From the human T2T-CHM13v2.0 reference genome, Homo sapiens: DNA of 64,000 nt. Location of the stretch: NCBI RefSeq assembly GCF_009914755.1, contig NC_060932.1, one strand, 5' to 3'. A model generated the notes under the pieces. The model ran no database searches, had not been told where the DNA came from, and was given only the letters and a program-made list of their open reading frames with translations. Positions within the stretch are counted from its first letter, which is position 1. Every line of letters begins with the position of its first letter. Shown one piece after another: positions 52,594 to 64,000 of the stretch. The position numbers and the translations under genes are program-made.

Positions 52594-54279
52594 GACCTAT
52601 ACATTTTTGTTCTTATCTGTTGTTTGCGATCTGATTTGGAGTGTGTGGCAGGTCGGAAAGTGATAATGGTTTTCTCCCCTGGAGGAAATTCAGTCTGTAG
52701 TTTCTCATTGATAAGTCGACAGGACCATGGATAAGGGAAAGGCCATGGCGTGGTTTGGAGCATGGCTTTGAAAGCAGCTCTGGATCTGAATCCTGACCTT
52801 TCTGTGACGTTCAAGTTGTGCTCCCTCTATGCATCACAGCTTTACCGGCAGACCCTGGAGTTCTCTCCCCAGAGCTGGTTGTGGGATTGACATCACATCA
52901 AGTGAGTGACCGTGCCTGGCCCCCAGTGCTGCACACTTAGAACCTTATACTTGTCTGCACTCCCGTCTTCTGATCAGATCCACAATAATTCTCAGCCTGT
53001 TATTCCTTAGCCTTGGGGACGAGGCTTCAAACCATGGGTTTCTGGATTATAAACTGAAAGGCTTTTTGCAAACCCCAGCACAACGTCCATCCTATTAGAG
53101 TGTCTCCATACATGTCTACCGAGTGACAGAGCTTGGGATGGGATGTGTAGGACAAGATCTTGGTCTGGGTGGGACCCCATGGGAGCCAGCCGAGGGGTTC
53201 AGCCTGGAACCCTTTGAAGGAGGTGGTGAGTGGGGAGGGGAGGTTGGGCAGGGAACAGCCCTGGGCCCTAGGGGCCACAGCAGGAGAGGGGAACATGGAG
53301 GATAGCTGGGTCAGTGGTCTGGGGAGGCCCATGGAACTTGTCCCCCATGCTTCAGAGAGCTCCTGGTGCAGGGCAGACATCCAGGTGTGTGGTGCTGGCC
53401 TGTGGAGGCTGTGGGAACAGGAGACACAGCCCAGGATCAACTGCATGGGCTAAGGTGGGCACAACAGATCTCCAGGGGCAGGACTGGGAACAAACAGGGT
53501 CCCAGGCAGCTGGCCAGTGAGCCAGGTTGGCTGAGGCTCCCAAGGGCACCAAGGGATGCAGTCGCCTGGCTGCTGGACCTAGGCTTCTGCGAGCCTGTGT
53601 GTGTGTGCACATGTGTAGCTCTCCTCACCAAGGCACCGACCGGCTCTCGCTGCCCAGCATGCAGGCAAAGTCCTCAGGATGGCTGCGTGGAAACCAGGCA
53701 GCAAAGATGGCCCTTTAGTGAAGACAACTGTTAGAACACAGTCACTTGCACGTGCTGGGGAGTATATGGTAATCCAGTTAAGACAATCTTCCTGGATACA
53801 GAGATGGGCCCAAATGGATCAACGACTATGCCTCTACCACAGCTGTATATATGGCCTGTGCACACAGTAAGGATAATTATTTCTGATTTCAAAGATAACA
53901 AATACACAATAGAAGAAAAAACAAGTGTAAAGATGCAGGAAAAAAATCACTAATTTTCCCATCCCCACAAAGCAACGAATGTAAACATCTTGGCATAATT
54001 TCTTTTAGTTCTGTTTTCTTTAAACAGTTAAGCAAAGCTGAGGTATATTTACACATGGCTTTTGTGTCTTGCGTTTTTACTCATTTAATTGAAACACATT
54101 CTCATGGCCTTAAGAATGCTTGTGGGCAGACATTTTAATGATTCCTTAGCAGTCTTTCGGTGAAGATTCTGTATTGATGTCACCAGGTGTCCAAGGCCAA
54201 CCATGTAGTTCTTTCTGGTTCTTCCCAGTGAGAAAGGCCCTGGGAGACAGCCCAGGTGGGGAGAGCACACATCTCCATT

Positions 54280-54470
54280 TAGGTGGCCTGGCCTCAAATC
54301 CTGCTCAAGTCTTTGGGACTTTGGGCAAACTATTAAACTCTTTGTGCCTCACTTTTGGGCAAAATAGGTAGTGATAGTAGTTATGTTGTGATGATGAAAT
54401 CAAATGAATTAATATTTTAGAGCACTTAGCCTGAGATACAGTAGAAGTTATGTGTTTATTAAATAAATAA
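54280..54470 (+). mobile_element. MIR
   Basis: actttgggcaaactattaaactctttgtgcctcact. Confidence 0.8.
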
Positions 54471-55292
54471 CAACCTCTTCCCATGTTTTATTTAATTTAA
54501 AAATTTTTTTTTCAACTTTTATTTTAAGTTCAGGGGTACATGTGCAGGATATGCAGGTTTGTTAAATAGGTAAATGTGTGCCATGGTGGTTTGCTGAACA
54601 GATCACTCCATCACCCAGGTATTAAGCCCAGCATCCAGTAGCTATTCTTCCTGATCCTCTCCCTCCCCTTGACAGGGCCTGTGTTGTTGAACAACAGTGT
54701 GTGTTGTTCACCCCCATGTGTCCATGTGTGTTAGTTTGTTGAGGATAATGGCTTCCAACTCCATCCATGTCCCTGCAAAGGAGATGATTTTGTTCCTTTT
54801 TATGGCTGCATAGTATTCCATAGTGTATATATACTGCATTTGCTTTATACAGTCTATCTCACTGATAGGCATTTGGGGTGATTCCATGTCTTTGCTATTG
54901 TGGATAGTGCTGCAGTGAACATACTTGTGCATGTATCTTTATAATAGAATGAATTATGTTCCTTTAGGTATATACCCAGTAATGGGGTTGCTGGGTCAAA
55001 TGGTATTTCAGCCTCTAGGCTTTCTAGGTATTTCTAGGCCTCTAGGAATCATCACACTGTCTTCTACAATGATTGAACTAATTTACACTCCCACCAACAG
55101 TGTAAAAGTGTTCCTTTTTCTCCACAACCTTGCCAGCAACTGTTATCTTTTGATTTTTTAGTAATAGCCATTCTGACTGGCATGAGCTATCTCATTGTGG
55201 TTTTGATTTTCATTTCTCTAATGATCAGTGATGTTGAGCTTTTTTCATATGTTTGTTGGCTACATGTATGTCTGTTTATGTTCTTTGCCCAC

Positions 55293-55626
<334 letters not shown>

Positions 55627-56428
55627 TAAATTTGTTTAAGTTTATTGTAGATTCTGGATGTTAGGCCTTTGTCAGATGGCTAGATTACAAAAATTTTCTC
55701 CCATTCTCTAGGTTTTCTGTTCACTCTGATGGTAGTTCCTCTTGCTGTTCAGAAGCTTTTTAATCAGATCCCATTTATCAATTTTTGCTTTCCTTGCAAT
55801 TGCTTTTGGCATTTTAATCATAAAATCTTTGCCCATGCATATGTCCTGAATAGTATTGCCTAGATTTTCTTCTAGGGTTTTTATAGTTTCAGGATGTACA
55901 TTTAAATCTTTTTAATCCATCTTGAGTTAATTTTTGTATATGGTGTAAGGAAGGGGTCCAGTTTCAATTTTCTGCATATGGCTAGCCAGTTCTCCCAGTG
56001 CCATTTATTAAACAGGGAATCCTTTCCCCATTGCTTGTTTTTGTCAGGTTTGTCAAAGATCAGATGGCTGTAGGTGTGCAGTCTTATTTCTGAGTTCTTT
56101 ATTCTATTCCATTGGTCTATGTGTCTGTTTTTGTACCAGTACCATGCTGTTTTGGTTACTGTAGCCTTGTAGTATAGTTTGAAGTTGGGTAGTGTGATGC
56201 CTCCAGCTTTGTTCTTTTTTTTAAATTATACTTTAAGTTCTGGGATACATGTGCAGAATGTGCAGGTTTGTTACATAGGTATACACGTGCCATGGTGGTT
56301 TGCTGCACCCATCAACCCGTCATTTACCTTAAGTATTTCTCCTAATGCTGTCCCTCCCCTAGCCCTCCACCCACTAACAGGCCCTGGTCTGTTATGTTCC
56401 CCTTCCTGTGTCCATGTGTTCTCATTAT

Positions 56429-60225
<3,797 letters not shown>

Positions 60226-60288
60226 TATGATGCTATTTGGTTATTTTGCCCATTAGTTAATGCAGTTTATTCATAATGTCAGTGGTCT

Positions 60289-61317
60289 TTACAATTTGGT
60301 TTGTTTTTGCAGTGGCTGATACTGGTTTTTCCTTTCCATATTTAGTGCTTCCTTCAGGAGCTCTTGTAAAGCAGTCCTGGTGGTGACAAAAATCTCTCAG
60401 CATTTGCTTGTCTGTAAAGGATTTTATTTCTCCTTTGCTTATGAAGCTTAGTTTGGCTCGATATGAAATCCTGGGTTGAAAATTCTTTAAGAATGTTGAA
60501 TATTGGCCCCCACTCTCTTTTGGCTTGTAGGGTTTCTGCCGAGAGAGCCACTGTTAGTCCGATGGGCTTCCCTTTGTGGGTAACCTGACCATTCGACCAT
60601 TCTCTCTGGCTGCCCTTATCATTTTTTCCTTCATTTCAGCCTTGGTGATTTTGATGATTATGTGTCTTGGGGGTGCTCTCCTGTAGGAGTATCTTTGTGG
60701 TGTTCTCTGTATTTCCTGAATTTGAATGTTGGCTTGTCTTGCTAGGTTGGGGAAATTCTCCTGGATAATATCCTGAAGAGTGTTTTCCAATTTGGTTCCA
60801 TTCTCCTCATCACTTTCAGGTACACCAGTCAAACATAGGTTTGGTCTCTTACTTAGTCCCATATTTCCTGGAGGCTTTGTTCATTCCTTTTCATTCTTTT
60901 TTCTCTAATCTTGTCTTCATGCCTTACTTCATTATGTTGATTTTCAATCTCTGATATCCTTTCTTCTGCTTGATCAATTCAGCTATAGATACTTGTGTAT
61001 GCTTCACGAAGTTCTCGTGCTGTGTTTTTCAGCTCCATCAGGTCATTTATGTTCTTCTCTAAACGGGTTATTCTAGTTAGCAATTTCTCTAACTTTTTTC
61101 CAAAGTTCTTAGTTTCCTTGCATTGGGTTAGAACATACTCCTTTAGCTCGGAGGAGTTTGTTATTACCCACCTTCTGAAGCCTACTTCTGTCAATTCATC
61201 AAACTCACTTTCCGTTCAGTTTTGTTCCCTTGCTGGCAAGGAGTTGTGATCCTTTGGAGGAGAAGAATCGTTTTGGTTTTCGGAATTTTCAGCCATTTTG
61301 CGCTGATTTTTCCTCAT
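60289..61317 (-). pseudogene. Disrupted L1 ORF1
   Basis: KLENTLQDIIQENFPNLARQANIQIQEIQRTP; frameshifts and stops. Confidence 0.93.
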
Positions 61318-62026
61318 CTTTGTGGATTTATCTATCTTTGGTCTTTGATGTTGGTGACCTTTGGATTGGGTTTCTGTGTGGACTTCCTTTTTGCTGATGT
61401 TGATGTTATTCCTTTATATTTGTTAGTTTTTCCTTCTAACAGTCAGGCCCCTCTGCTGCAGGTTTGCTGGAGTTTGCTGGAGGTCCACTCCAGACCCTGT
61501 TTGCCTGGGTATCATCAGCGGAGGCTGCAGAACAGCAAAGATTGCTGCTTGTTCCTTTCTCTGGAAGCTTCATTCCAGAGGGGCACCCATCAGATGCCAG
61601 CTGGAGCTATGCTCTATGAGGTGTTTGTCAACCCCTGCTGGGAGGTGTCTCCCAGTCAGGAGGCACAGGGATCAGGGACCCACTTGAGGACACAGTCTGT
61701 CCCTTAGCAGAGCTTGAGCACTGTGCTGGGAGATCTGCTGCTGTCTTCAGAGCTGGCAGGCAGAAACGTTTAAGTCAGCTGCGGCTGTCTTCACAGCTGC
61801 CCTTTCCCCCAGGTGCTCTGTCCCAGGGAGATGGGAGTGTTATCTATAAGCCCCTGCCTGGGACTGCTGCCTTTCTTTCAGAGATGCCCTGCCCAGAGAG
61901 GAGGAATCTAGAGAGGCAGTGTGGCTACAGCAGCTTTGCTGAGCTGCAGTGGGCTCAGCCCACTTTGGACTTCTTGGTGGCTTTGTTTATACTGTGAGGG
62001 GAAATCCACCCACTCAAGCCTCACTA

Positions 62027-62245
62027 ATGGCAGATGTCCCTCCCCCCACCAAGGTCGAGTATCCCAGGTTGACTTCAGACTACTGTGCTGGCAGTGAGAA
62101 TTTCAAGCCAGTGGATCTTAGCTTGCTGGGCTCTGTGGGGGTGAGATCCACTGAGGTAGACCACTGGGCTCCCTGGCTTCAGCCCCCTTTCCAGGGCAGT
62201 GAATGGTTCTGTCTTGCTGGCATTCCAGTTGCCACTGAGGTATGA
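62027..62245 (+). CDS. L1 antisense ORF0-like open frame, 72 aa (translation unproven)
   Basis: MADVPPPTK...LTSDYCAGS...SVGV at the position expected for primate ORF0 in the 5'UTR. Confidence 0.4.
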   Translation: MADVPPPTKVEYPRLTSDYCAGSENFKPVDLSLLGSVGVRSTEVDHWAPWLQPPFQGSEWFCLAGIPVATEV

Positions 62246-62652
62246 AAAAAAAAAAAGCAACAAAAAAAACTCCTGCAGCTAGCTCGGTGTCTGCCCAAAC
62301 AGCTGCCCAGTTTTGTGCTTGAAACCCAGGGCCCTGGTGGTGTAGGCACCCAAGGGAATCTGCTGGTCTGCGGGTTGTAAAGACCTTGGGAAAAGCGTAG
62401 TATCTGGGCTGGAGTGCGCTGTTCCTCAAGGCACAGTCCCTCATGGTTTCCCTTGGCTAGGGGAGGGAGTTCCCTGACCCTTTGCACTTCCTGGGTTAGG
62501 TGACACCGCACCCTGCCCTCTGTGGGCTGCACCCACTGTGTAACTGGTCCCAATAAGATGAGCCAGCTACCTCAGTTGGAAATGCAGAAATCGCCTGCCT
62601 TCTTCATTGATCTCACTGGGAGCTGCAAATAGGACCAGAGCTGTTCCTATTT

Positions 62653-62661
62653 GGCCATCTT
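62653..62661 (-). promoter_or_regulatory. YY1 site of the L1 internal sense promoter
   Basis: AAGATGGCC about 13 nt from the L1 5' end. Confidence 0.8.
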
Positions 62662-63391
62662 GCCAGCCACCACCCAGCTTTGTTCTTTTTGCTTAGGATT
62701 GACTTGGCTATTTGGGCTCTTTTTTGGTTCCATATGAATTTTAAAACAGTTTTTCATAATTCTGTGAAAAATGTCAATGGTAGTTTAATGGGAATAGCAT
62801 CAAATCTATACATTACTTTGGTCAGTATGGCCATTTTCATGATTCTGATTCTTCCTATCCATGAGCATGGAATGTTTCTCTATTTGTTTGTGTCCTCTCT
62901 GATTTCTCTGAGCAGTGGTTTGTAGTTCTCCTTGAAGAGGTCCTTCACATCCCTCATAAGTTGTATTCCTAGGTATTCTATTCTTTTTGTAGCAATTATG
63001 AATGGGAGTTCATTCATGATTTGGTTCTCTGCTTGCCTGTTAATGGTGTATAGGAATGCTAGAGATTTTTGCATATTGATTTTATATGCTGAGATTTTGC
63101 TGAAGTTGCTTATCAGCACAAGAAGCTTTTGGGCTGAGATGATGGGGTTTTCTAGATATAGGATCTTGTCGTCTGAAAACAATGATGACTTCCTCTCATC
63201 TTATTTGGATATTTGGATGCCTTTTCTTTCTTTCTTCCCCTTGCCTGATTGCCCTGGCCAGGACTTCCATACTATGTTGAATAGGATTGGTGAGAGGGGG
63301 CATCCTTGTCTTGTGCCAGTTTTCAAGGGGAATGCTTCCATCTTTTGCCTATTCAGTATGATGTTGGCTGGCTGCTCTTTCCACATTTTAG

Positions 63392-63709
<318 letters not shown>

Positions 63710-64000
63710 TAGAATGCATTCCCAAAAGTGAGACTCCTCGGGTGAGGGATTCACATATTTTAAAGGCTTTTGGTGCATCCCTGTAGTTGGTCCTGATGCC
63801 TCCTCTCTCCAGCAGCCTCCCAGCACATCCTCCTGCTGCTGCTTCTGTTTCCTGCTTCCCGGACAGCATTCGAGTTGGGGACTTGAGTTAAAAATACTTT
63901 TTGCAAATTGGATGCATAAAATATAGTACCCTCTTATTTTAACTATTTCATTAATTGAAACATTTTCCAAATGTTCACTAATACTTTGTGTTTACCCTTT

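Overview
This is 64 kb of catarrhine-primate (probably human or ape) genomic DNA and looks intronic or intergenic. It is dominated by transposon fossils: about 41 Alus (about 32 on the - strand), old L1M, L2, MIR, LTR and DNA-transposon remnants, and a full-length but dead L1PA7-type element nested inside an older L1PA. It also holds a rare VNTR-only SVA2-type retroelement at about 41.1-41.7 kb. I recognise no intact cellular protein-coding gene, rRNA, tRNA or CRISPR array; most ORF-track entries are repeat-derived or chance ORFs. I cannot support a claim of a new biological system. The best leads are the SVA2 element, an unexplained two-block direct duplication at 13.5/14.9 kb, a post-hoc chain of frame-compatible minus-strand exons, an 86-bp inverted templated insertion, an open ORF0-like frame in the L1, and an E-box/GATA enhancer candidate. 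Repeat subfamily names come from remembered consensus sequences, not a database search, and boundaries of old repeats are approximate.
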